In this document: positions 15,915 through 23,941 of the stretch, one piece after another
Numbering within the stretch: position 1 is the stretch's first letter
Layout of the letters: each line of letters begins with the position of its first letter
Program-made: the position numbers and the translations under genes
Origin: a virus
Taxonomy: Duplodnaviria > Caudoviricetes
Length of the DNA stretch: 25,848 bases
Virus record (IMG/VR): IMGVR_UViG_3300017761_007555
Span: 1 to 25,848 of that record
Strand: one strand, 5' to 3'
Notes under the pieces: generated by a model
Database searches by the model: none
What the model was told of the DNA's origin: nothing
Seen by the model: only the letters and a program-made list of their open reading frames with translations

Positions 15915-16229
15915 ATGCCGATTTTTATCAAACCAAGAGAGCAGGTGTGTCGAGAACGTGCTGCAAACGATGCGGTATTTTATTATGATCAATTTGCACA
16001 GATCTTAGTTGATAATAATAATGAAGAAAAAGATATGCAAACTAAGCAAGATTTAATTAGACTTTATCGTTGGATTAGAGAGTATGAAGATTTTGCATTT
16101 AAGTATCACCAAGATAACTTTGTTCAGTGTGATGATATTTACCTAAAAAAAGAAGATGCTCAGGCTTTTGGTGGTGGAAATAAGATTCCAAGAGCACCAT
16201 TTCTGCCGGTTTTTGAGGAGATTAAATAA
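15915..16229 (+). CDS. Hypothetical protein
   Basis: 104 aa, 1 nt after the upstream stop, TAATG overlap with the next gene. Confidence 0.7.
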   Translation: MPIFIKPREQVCRERAANDAVFYYDQFAQILVDNNNEEKDMQTKQDLIRLYRWIREYEDFAFKYHQDNFVQCDDIYLKKEDAQAFGGGNKIPRAPFLPVFEEIK

Positions 16230-16582
16230 TGCCAGCAATACATGTCACAACCAAAAAAGCTTCTGCTGATGTCAAAGTTACCAATGGTGTAGCCACAAAT
16301 CTTGGAGATGTAGTAATTAGCTCCACTATCAATGGAGTTATTTTTATGAGCGAAGATATTTCTAAACAAATTGGTTACTCTGGAGTTTTTTTTAATACTT
16401 CTTATAAATATATAGCTCATAGTCTTGAGGTATTTATTAATGGTATGAAGATCTCTCCTGGGTTTGATTATGAAGAAAATTCAGAATGCAATGGGTTCAA
16501 TCTTATTGAAGTAAATGCTAATTTTCAAAAATGGATTAATTCTGGAACATCCATAGTAGTCAAATATATAAAAACTAGCTGA
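16229..16582 (+). CDS. Small beta-domain virion-type protein related to the fibre C-terminus
   Basis: GAGGAG RBS. SLEVFINGMKISPGFDY...SIVVKY parallels the fibre's NLQVFINGVMLRP...GDF...EVQVRY. Confidence 0.65.
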   Translation: MPAIHVTTKKASADVKVTNGVATNLGDVVISSTINGVIFMSEDISKQIGYSGVFFNTSYKYIAHSLEVFINGMKISPGFDYEENSECNGFNLIEVNANFQKWINSGTSIVVKYIKTS

Positions 16583-17648
16583 TATTTTCCACTAAGTCTA
16601 TATAGCCTCTCATATTCTCCTTATTTTCTACAGAAAATTTAAATAAAACATCTTTTGCTGAAGATTTATATCCCTCTATCCTCTCCTGGTGAGTGGATAG
16701 AGCTTCTTTGATCTTGTCCACACAGCTACTTGCATCAAATCCCTTATAGAAGTAACCTGCATCCTTACAGGCCTCACTATTATGGATTACCGGAACTCCA
16801 GTATACAGACCCTCAAGTACAAGGTAATTTAGGTCGCAATAAAACTGGTGAGATAAAATGGTTCCGACGTATCCTTTTGCCAACATATTTGGCATTGGAT
16901 ACCTAGCCTCTACTGAGAGCTTTCCATTGTTAAAAAGATCAAAATTGCTTGTAATCTCTTTAAATTTTTCATTTTCTTTTAGGGAAAGTCCATTAAAAAC
17001 TAAAACTTCTTTTATGAAATTTTTATTCTCTCTTTCTAATTTTTCCAAAGATATTAGTGGATATATTGCAGTTTTGATTATATTTATATTAGATTCAAAT
17101 ATTCCAATTTTATTTATGTTTTTAGAATCTTTATAAAACGGATCAAGTTTATTCTCTTGACAATATTTATTGAATATTTTCGGATCCCAAATATATGGAC
17201 AAATGCTGACTTTTCCCTTTGAAGTTACCTCCACAAATCCTTTTGAAAACTCAAAGTGTGGAGATATCCAGGTATCTAGTCCTCCACGATTGACGGCGGG
17301 GAAGCTTGTTGGATTTAGAATCAGATCCTCTTGCATTAGCATCAAAATATTTCCATAGTTTATGGTCAAAACTTTTACCCCATTTTTTAGGGCATAGTCG
17401 AGCAAGCTATCGGTAACTGAATAGCAAACTTCAATGACAATATGATAATTCTTTATTGTATCCATATTAAGAAGTTTTACTTCAAATTCTTCTATTTTTT
17501 TTCCTGCTTCTTCAAACTGAGAGACTGCATCAACTTCATATCCGCACTTTTGAAGTAATCCAATTAAAAAATAAGCATTTTGGGTCAATCCATTGGACCA
17601 AATTTTAGAGGAATCTTTGCAAGTAACTGCTATCTTAAATTTATTCAT
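16575..17648 (-). CDS. DUF2827-like putative GT-B glycosyltransferase
   Basis: IWSNGLTQNAYFL, WISPH, PYIWDP, IGIFESNINIIKT, ILSHQ...LNYLVLEGLYTGVPVIHNS...GYFY. This is the DUF2827 signature with a GT-B-like E...G.P motif. Confidence 0.8.
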   Translation of the reverse strand: MNKFKIAVTCKDSSKIWSNGLTQNAYFLIGLLQKCGYEVDAVSQFEEAGKKIEEFEVKLLNMDTIKNYHIVIEVCYSVTDSLLDYALKNGVKVLTINYGNILMLMQEDLILNPTSFPAVNRGGLDTWISPHFEFSKGFVEVTSKGKVSICPYIWDPKIFNKYCQENKLDPFYKDSKNINKIGIFESNINIIKTAIYPLISLEKLERENKNFIKEVLVFNGLSLKENEKFKEITSNFDLFNNGKLSVEARYPMPNMLAKGYVGTILSHQFYCDLNYLVLEGLYTGVPVIHNSEACKDAGYFYKGFDASSCVDKIKEALSTHQERIEGYKSSAKDVLFKFSVENKENMRGYIDLVENIS

Positions 17649-18730
17649 TTTAAAACACTCTCTATAAGTTCTCTTGTTTTATCTTGATTTTTTTCATTAT
17701 ATATAGATACTTCTTCTAATTTTGCCTCATAAGACTCGACATGTTTTAGCTGATCGAAGTCTTCGATTACGCTTAGAAGCTGATCCGATCCAAGGTTTAC
17801 ATTGAATTCCGGATAATAATAACCTACCTCTTTAAAGAGTGGACTATTATGAACCAATGCTCTCTTATAAAAAAGAGTCTCCAAATAGACATAGTTTTGC
17901 TCGTTAAAAAGTTGTGTTGACACAATAGTATTTGCAATATTATCTTTAAACACCTTAAAGAAGGGGTATCTGCCCTCATAAGAGGCAATCTTATCTTTAT
18001 GTATATTTAAATATTTTATATAATTTAAAAATACATTATTTTTTTCAAGAACTTTTGATCCAAAACAATAAACTTCTTTTATTGCATCTTTATTTTTGTC
18101 ATATGCCATATCACAAATAGCAAGAGGAACCATGCAATTCTTCAAGACGTTCAGGTTAGGCTCTACTATACCAATCTTTTTAAAGTCATCTTTTTTAACC
18201 AGCATGTTTTGATTATGAAGTCCACCATCAAACATTCTGAGAATTGATGAATCCCAAATATATGGAATGACCTTTACTTCCGATCTGGTAAGAACCTCTA
18301 TATAATCTTTAAATTTGTAAAATTGTTCTGAAACCCAAATTTCCCTATTTCGGAATGGAAGGTTTGTTCCTGTTGATAATTTTGCAGAATCAGAATTCTT
18401 TTTGATGAATTTTTCTAAATCAAGCATGAAGTTATTTCCATACTTAATAGAAATAAGAGGCTTTCCGGTGCTATTGTAATAACTGGTAAGCTTGTCACTT
18501 AATGGGTGAGCAACTTCTAGGATAATGTCAAGATCTCTAATTGAGTATAGATTCGCCTCTTGTATTGGAATATCTAAAAGTTTCTTTGCACCATAAGCCT
18601 CAGAAATTAAATAAGGCTCGTAGTTCATATCTTCCAACATTTTGAAAAGAAAATATATATTTTGGTCTAATCCATTAGACCAAATACTTGCCTCATCTCT
18701 GGTGGTTATTCCAACTTTTAATTTTGACAT
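17645..18730 (-). CDS. DUF2827-like putative GT-B glycosyltransferase (paralogue)
   Basis: IWSNGLDQNIYFL, PYIWDS, IGIVEPNLNVLKN, QNYVYLETL...LVHNSP...GYYYP. 4-nt ATGA overlap with the downstream paralogue. Confidence 0.8.
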   Translation of the reverse strand: MSKLKVGITTRDEASIWSNGLDQNIYFLFKMLEDMNYEPYLISEAYGAKKLLDIPIQEANLYSIRDLDIILEVAHPLSDKLTSYYNSTGKPLISIKYGNNFMLDLEKFIKKNSDSAKLSTGTNLPFRNREIWVSEQFYKFKDYIEVLTRSEVKVIPYIWDSSILRMFDGGLHNQNMLVKKDDFKKIGIVEPNLNVLKNCMVPLAICDMAYDKNKDAIKEVYCFGSKVLEKNNVFLNYIKYLNIHKDKIASYEGRYPFFKVFKDNIANTIVSTQLFNEQNYVYLETLFYKRALVHNSPLFKEVGYYYPEFNVNLGSDQLLSVIEDFDQLKHVESYEAKLEEVSIYNEKNQDKTRELIESVLK

Positions 18731-18761
18731 TTTTTTGATATCCTTATATATTAATAATGAT

Positions 18762-18769
18762 TACTAATA
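18762..18769 (+). promoter_or_regulatory. Recurrent motif TACTAATA (putative late promoter)
   Basis: In the 53-nt divergent gap, 14 nt before ATG 18784. A TATTAATA variant sits at 18749-18756. Confidence 0.55.
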
Positions 18770-18783
18770 GTAGGTGAGATAAT

Positions 18784-19104
18784 ATGGCTACAGGAAATTA
18801 TTTATTAGGATCTGTAGTAAAGATACCTATTCAATTTACGGTTGATGGTGTACCACATTCAGAGGTTATTCCAATAGTAGATAAGATAATTACTCCAAAC
18901 GGAACACTTCTTCCAGGGCTTCCTGCTGTGGCAAGTATATTAGATTTGGGTGCCGCAATGTATTATTATCAGTTTACTCCATCTATGGTTGGAGATTATA
19001 TTGTTTTGATAAAAAACACTTACGAAGGCGAAGATTATTTTACTCATGATAATTTTACAGTTACAAACGGAATAAAATCAGCACCAAGAGCGGAGCCCAA
19101 ATAA
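18784..19104 (+). CDS. Small Ig-like beta-sandwich virion protein
   Basis: 106 aa, beta-rich, with IITPNGT and YYYQFTPSMVGDYIV. Resembles the N-terminus of the next gene. AGGTGAG RBS. Confidence 0.55.
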   Translation: MATGNYLLGSVVKIPIQFTVDGVPHSEVIPIVDKIITPNGTLLPGLPAVASILDLGAAMYYYQFTPSMVGDYIVLIKNTYEGEDYFTHDNFTVTNGIKSAPRAEPK

Positions 19105-20013
19105 ATGGCAAATACTAGAAATAAAGCAATTAGAGGTCAGGACGTAGTCCTTTCTATTCAGTACTACGGTATTGATGGCCTTCCCTCCAATACAGACGCA
19201 ACTCCGGAAATAACTATAAAGGATCTTCAGGGAACTACTGTTATTGGGCCAACCTCACTGGGAGTTTCTCGCGTTGATACCGGACTATATAATTACACAT
19301 ATTCTGTCCCAAAGCTGGCAGATAAGGGAAACTGGTCCGATACTTGGTCCTCCTCAGTTTCCGGAATAAATGTTCAGAACGTATTTCAATTTCTTATTGT
19401 GGACGAAGCTTCATCTACTGCCGGAACAATCAGGCTTGGCGATGATGTGGCTTTTGATTTTAACGAGGCCGAACTAGAAGGAATAAATACTCTGTTGAAG
19501 TTTCTTAAGGCAAGACTTAGAAGCGACGGCAAAAAACCACTAAGAGATCAGTTTGGTGCAATAGTATATGACGCCTACGGCGATATTGTTACTGAAGAAT
19601 GTAATGTTTTTTCTGACGACCTTTTAGTTTGCTTTCTTTGTCAGGCGCTATCAGAATTTAACATGGTTCCATTTTTTACCGGATTTTTATTTTCCGATCA
19701 GGTTATCTATAAACTATTTGCAGCCGCAATTGTCGAGGGAGCCTATGTCTTTGCAGTAGCCTCTCAGGCCCTAGTGGAGAAGGGAAGAGACTTTACCATC
19801 AGCGATGGTGGGTTGAGCTATCAGCCCCCAATGCTTGGCGAATTCTTACAGAGCCACTACGGAACCTGGCTAACCAGCTACAGGGAAAGATTGAAATTTA
19901 TTAAGAATAGCATTAGACCTGGACCAAGAAGTTTCGGAACTTATAGCAATTTAAGCAGCGGTTCTCCCGCCCTAATGCGTTTAAGGCATCTTCGTGAGCG
20001 CCGCATAATCTAA
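19105..20013 (+). CDS. Putative neck/head-tail adaptor with an N-terminal Ig-like domain
   Basis: N-terminal beta domain (TGLYNYTYSVP...GNWSDTW) plus a helical C-terminal domain (FSDDLL..FL..ALSEFN..P...FTISDGGLSY) like head-completion adaptors. Lies downstream of the capsid module. Confidence 0.6.
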   Translation: MANTRNKAIRGQDVVLSIQYYGIDGLPSNTDATPEITIKDLQGTTVIGPTSLGVSRVDTGLYNYTYSVPKLADKGNWSDTWSSSVSGINVQNVFQFLIVDEASSTAGTIRLGDDVAFDFNEAELEGINTLLKFLKARLRSDGKKPLRDQFGAIVYDAYGDIVTEECNVFSDDLLVCFLCQALSEFNMVPFFTGFLFSDQVIYKLFAAAIVEGAYVFAVASQALVEKGRDFTISDGGLSYQPPMLGEFLQSHYGTWLTSYRERLKFIKNSIRPGPRSFGTYSNLSSGSPALMRLRHLRERRII

Positions 20014-20202
20014 AGACTACGTTGTTTTAGACAAACTTTTGAATCTCCACAAGCCAAGAAAGAAAAGTTTTTATCAGTCTGCACCCCAGAGGCCTTAAAA
20101 GAATCCTATAAAAATCACGGAACAATTTCGGGTGTAGCAAAGGAATTTGGCATAGGAAAAACAACAGCTACAAGATATCTTTCATCGGCAGGAATTATCT
20201 AA
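20014..20202 (+). pseudogene. Start-less frame encoding a helix-turn-helix (gene remnant or readthrough extension)
   Basis: 62 sense codons follow TAA 20011-20013 in frame: ...EALKESYKNHGTISGVAKEFGIGKTTATRYLSSAGII*. No in-frame ATG, GTG or TTG. Confidence 0.6.
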
Positions 20203-20210
20203 TACTAATA
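20203..20210 (+). promoter_or_regulatory. Recurrent motif TACTAATA
   Basis: Exact match, 18 nt before ATG 20229. Confidence 0.55.
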
Positions 20211-20228
20211 TATTATTGATATAAAGTT

Positions 20229-20648
20229 ATGGATCCCTTAAACTTAATAATAAGCACTTTAATCGAGAAAGGAGGAATCTGGGGAGTAATTGCCTCAGCC
20301 CTATTCTTTTGGAATATTCACAAAGAAACATCCCTATCAAAAAAAGAAAATAAAACACAGGATTCTATAAAAACAATCCAAGAAAGCACAGAAAAAAAAG
20401 AAAAAGAATCAAAAGAAGCTTCTGAGAAGAAAGAAAGGGAGCTAAGAGAAAAAATAGAAGAGCTGGAAAAGATTATAAACAACCAACAGGAAACAATCCA
20501 CAGACTTTCTCGAGATTTTTGTGATTTGGAGAGGGCTAGAGTAGAAGATCTTAAGGAGTTGTTATCTGAGTACCATTCTACTGCTTCCGCTACACTTCAG
20601 GCTCTAGAAAAATTTGAATTTTTTATAACCAACAGCAAGCGGGCATAG
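20229..20648 (+). CDS. Membrane-anchored coiled-coil protein, holin-like
   Basis: N-terminal hydrophobic helix (GGIWGVIASALFFW) followed by a charged coiled coil, an architecture like BhlA/UviB-type holins. Confidence 0.45.
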   Translation: MDPLNLIISTLIEKGGIWGVIASALFFWNIHKETSLSKKENKTQDSIKTIQESTEKKEKESKEASEKKERELREKIEELEKIINNQQETIHRLSRDFCDLERARVEDLKELLSEYHSTASATLQALEKFEFFITNSKRA

Positions 20649-20651
20649 ATC

Positions 20652-20834
20652 ATGAGAAATTTGAATATTTTAGAAAATAAAGAAATTTTTGAGTTAAAAA
20701 AGAAATGCAAAGTAGTACAAGATAAGATATCTAGAGTAGTTGAGAAGATTCCTGTTGGAAATATAAACGTAGTAGAGATTGATCTCAGAAAAAATAATTT
20801 ACAAGAAAATAAAGAGCAAAAAAAAGAAAAATGA
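20652..20834 (+). CDS. Small hypothetical protein
   Basis: 60 aa, 3 nt after the upstream stop, ATGA overlap with the next ORF. Confidence 0.5.
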   Translation: MRNLNILENKEIFELKKKCKVVQDKISRVVEKIPVGNINVVEIDLRKNNLQENKEQKKEK

Positions 20835-21025
20835 TCTCCCCGGAAACATGCACCGTTGAATACCTGGGTTTCGATAAGCCCAAGAGTCCTGATGAGTTGA
20901 AAATAGAAATTGCAGGATTGGAGCACCTGATTGCTAAGGCTGGAGAAAAAATTGCGGCCTTAAAGCAGAGTTTAATTTTGGCGGAAATTATAATTGCCGA
21001 AGAGTCGAAGATGGAGAAAAAATGA
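20831..21025 (+). CDS. Small coiled-coil hypothetical protein
   Basis: 64 aa with ATGA overlaps at both ends. Confidence 0.6.
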   Translation: MISPETCTVEYLGFDKPKSPDELKIEIAGLEHLIAKAGEKIAALKQSLILAEIIIAEESKMEKK

Positions 21026-21528
21026 TTGAGATTTTTGCGGCAAAAAAGAAAAAACTAGAATCAAGAACAAAGTTAGTTGCAAAACTCAAACAGCTTTTAA
21101 AGGCCGACGAGACTTTTCAGGATCTCTGCAAAGAATATGATCAGGAGATCGATATTTTAGATGGAATTCCGGTAGTATTTACTGCTGATTTGGATGTTAC
21201 AGCAAAGACGATCAATGCTAGGGTATTTTTAAATTCATCTCTCTTGGATGAGAAGATTGAGATAATTGCCAGGTATCTTCTTCATGAGATTACTCATTGT
21301 CTTCAACATATGAAGAAGGAAGGCGAGAAGAAGGTAAAGAAAGAAAATGTTTATCTCGATAGGCCGGAAGAACTTGAGGCATTTCAATATCAAATTAAGT
21401 TTGACGCCGATAAAAGATCTGATAAAAAAGTAAATGATTATGTTAATGATTTGATCTCTTATCATAAGATTCCTAAAGAAAAAAGGAAGGAGAAGAAAAG
21501 AGATCTCATGAAAAAGATGGATCGATAG
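21022..21528 (+). CDS. HExxH zincin-like putative metallopeptidase
   Basis: LLHEITHCLQ (21283-21297) with downstream YLDRPEELEAF supplying a candidate third (Glu) ligand. GGAG RBS. Confidence 0.65.
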   Translation: MIEIFAAKKKKLESRTKLVAKLKQLLKADETFQDLCKEYDQEIDILDGIPVVFTADLDVTAKTINARVFLNSSLLDEKIEIIARYLLHEITHCLQHMKKEGEKKVKKENVYLDRPEELEAFQYQIKFDADKRSDKKVNDYVNDLISYHKIPKEKRKEKKRDLMKKMDR

Positions 21529-21562
21529 CTATTAATATTATTGCTCTAGCTTGGGAGCTGTA

Positions 21563-23554
21563 ATGATTACAATTACTGGGGTCGAGCCAGCCGCAGGATC
21601 AAAGAGAAATAGTAAGACATCCTTGATTGAGTTTACTCTCAATGACGAGGACTCTTCCGGGATAAACTCGTCTACCTTAATTGTTGAAGTTTCGGGAGTA
21701 AGGGCTATTGAGGGATCCACGTTTAATCCCGGATTTAATGGTCCATATTCTGAAATAAATCTTGATATTGACTCTTTGGGGGTGATTATAAATTCCGAGT
21801 CAGACTTTGCGGAAGACTCAGTATTGGAAATAAAAATTCAGGTTCAGGATTATTCCGATGCCTATTATAATTTTAATTATTCATTTAAAATAGTTAGTCA
21901 TAAGCCCTTTATCTTTCTATCCAGTCCACAAGACAGAGATAATCTGGTAACTCCTCAGAAGTTATATTTTGATATTAGAGATGATATTGATGATCTCAAT
22001 GCAGGCACTTTAAATATCTCTCTAAATAAGGCATCAGTCTATAATTCCGGATCTTTTATAGCTCCATTTAATGGAACTCAGAGCTCTATCTCTTCCAGTT
22101 CCGGAAGGTTAGAGGTTACGGTAGACAGGGATGAATTTATAAGAGACGGAGAATATCTTCTAAAGTTGGAGGTGGAAGATATAGCGGGAAACAAATTAAA
22201 TCAATCTATTAGGTTCTCTGTAAAATATACCGGCGTAGTTCTCCCTTCCATCTTTCCGCAGGGTGGTTTTCTTGGATTTTACCAAGGAATGAAAAGAGTG
22301 GCTGATGTTGGGAACGGAACAGATGTTGATCTGGAGTGGTCCACCCCAATTTCAAGATACTATAATAGCGATGTTAATGTTTTGATTTACTACTCTACAG
22401 ACCGCTTAGGTATCTTTGATTCTCCACCAGCATATTTGGTGGAACAGGGAATGACCTCCACTACTATTAGTGGCTTGAAGGTTGGCACGGGTTATTACTT
22501 TGCCGCAAGAGTTATGGAGTCATATCGGGGAACGATAAATACCGCAGGAATGAATGAATCCTATCCTGGGGTTTTCTCTGTACCAACAAAGACGACATTA
22601 ACATCAATACTACCTGCCGATGGATATGTGGTTGAGGTAGAGGATGTTTCCGGATACCCAGAGGAAGGATTTCTCCTTATAACTGGAGAGGTCGTAAAGT
22701 ACAACTCTATTGATAGAACAAACAACAGATTTCTTATCCCCTCCGGAGGAAGAGGGTTAAACGAAACTACCGCAGTATATCATGATGTTGGTGAGGAATC
22801 TGAGCTTTTTCTCCTTTGCCAGGATGATAATAATGTAATTATCTACGGAACCACCACTTATCAAGACCCGGTTTCAACAGGAAGGACGAATAATTCCGTT
22901 GGAATAATTGTTCCAGATTTCTCAGATTTTGAAAAAATGGAGCATGATGGTTTAGACCATTGCGGGTACCATAAGGCCTTGCCATGGGAAGCTCTCAATG
23001 GCAAGAATGATTGCGGGACATATCTGGGTGGTGTCTACAATGGATTTAGAGGAATAGATATCTTCCAGAGGGCGATGGATAGAGAAGAAGAGTTGATGGA
23101 AAATGTTGGAGAGAAGTGTATCCTCTTTAGAAGGAAGTGGGAAGGGGAAACCTGTAGTTGTGTCACGCTGAGAAGGCAACACCCCAAAATAAGAAGCTGT
23201 AGATTTTGCTATGGAACAGGGTTTGTTGGTGGTTATGAGCAGATCTTAAACACAAGAAGAGCAGATAGAAGAGTTTTGATCAGATTCTACGAGGCAACCG
23301 AAGATTTAAAGCTGGGAGACCACACCCACCTTATGCAGGATTTTCAGCCAACAGCACTAGCCCTCTTCAAACCTATGGTAAAAGATAGGGATCTTGTGGT
23401 AAGATTTGATTTTACCGGAGATATAGAATATATCTATGAGGTATTAAACGTAAATAGAGAGAGATTTGTATTTAATAAATATGGAAGACAGAAGCTATCT
23501 ATTATTAGATTAGATAAGACTGATATTCTTTATCAAATACCTTTTGAGCTATAA
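21563..23554 (+). CDS. Multidomain virion protein: Ig-like repeats, FN3-like domain and a Cys-rich head-closure-like C-terminus
   Basis: GGGAG at 21553 favours ATG 21563 over TTG 21551. Two similar beta repeats (D.D.GIN.STL / DDLNAGTL), FN3-like LEWSTP...ISGLKVGTGYYFAARV, and C-terminal CSC...CRFCYGTGFVGGY...RDLVVR. Confidence 0.6.
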   Translation: MITITGVEPAAGSKRNSKTSLIEFTLNDEDSSGINSSTLIVEVSGVRAIEGSTFNPGFNGPYSEINLDIDSLGVIINSESDFAEDSVLEIKIQVQDYSDAYYNFNYSFKIVSHKPFIFLSSPQDRDNLVTPQKLYFDIRDDIDDLNAGTLNISLNKASVYNSGSFIAPFNGTQSSISSSSGRLEVTVDRDEFIRDGEYLLKLEVEDIAGNKLNQSIRFSVKYTGVVLPSIFPQGGFLGFYQGMKRVADVGNGTDVDLEWSTPISRYYNSDVNVLIYYSTDRLGIFDSPPAYLVEQGMTSTTISGLKVGTGYYFAARVMESYRGTINTAGMNESYPGVFSVPTKTTLTSILPADGYVVEVEDVSGYPEEGFLLITGEVVKYNSIDRTNNRFLIPSGGRGLNETTAVYHDVGEESELFLLCQDDNNVIIYGTTTYQDPVSTGRTNNSVGIIVPDFSDFEKMEHDGLDHCGYHKALPWEALNGKNDCGTYLGGVYNGFRGIDIFQRAMDREEELMENVGEKCILFRRKWEGETCSCVTLRRQHPKIRSCRFCYGTGFVGGYEQILNTRRADRRVLIRFYEATEDLKLGDHTHLMQDFQPTALALFKPMVKDRDLVVRFDFTGDIEYIYEVLNVNRERFVFNKYGRQKLSIIRLDKTDILYQIPFEL

Positions 23555-23566
23555 TTTGGAGATTTT

Positions 23567-23722
23567 ATGTCTAAAAGATTTATAAAAATAATGAGCTTGT
23601 TCAAGCTTGCAAGGGAAGGATCATCCAATCAAGGAATTATGATTGATAGAGATCTCTTTCTCCAGGCTTTGAATGGCTCAGTGGCCGAAAAACCTGTTAA
23701 GATTGAAAGGATAACCGCTTAG
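23567..23722 (+). CDS. Small hypothetical protein (51 aa, not in the ORF track)
   Basis: GGAG RBS, then MSKRFIKIMSLFKLAREGSSNQGIMIDRDLFLQALNGSVAEKPVKIERITA*. Confidence 0.55.
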   Translation: MSKRFIKIMSLFKLAREGSSNQGIMIDRDLFLQALNGSVAEKPVKIERITA

Positions 23723-23730
23723 GTATAAAG

Positions 23731-23931
23731 ATGAGAAAATATATTTGCCTAATAATTTTTGGACTATTTAACTATTCTTTCCTTAAAGATTTTTTTGATA
23801 AAAAAGATTTTATAGAAAATAACAGTATAATTTCTCAAGAGACTTTTAATCAGAATTCAGATGAAAAGAATTTAATAGTATTTCAAAATAATATTTTTGA
23901 AAATAAAGAAAAGATAATATATCTATATTAA
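23731..23931 (+). CDS. Small protein with an N-terminal hydrophobic segment
   Basis: 66 aa filling the gap. MRKYICLIIFGLFNY resembles a signal or anchor. Very AT-rich. Confidence 0.4.
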   Translation: MRKYICLIIFGLFNYSFLKDFFDKKDFIENNSIISQETFNQNSDEKNLIVFQNNIFENKEKIIYLY

Positions 23932-23941
23932 AACATAAGAC

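Noticed and set aside
16575-18730. Eukaryotic giant-virus origin suggested by the glycosyltransferases and AT-rich motif
   Set aside because: Shine-Dalgarno sites, translational coupling, intrinsic terminators and the HK97 head-neck gene order point to a prokaryotic tailed virus.
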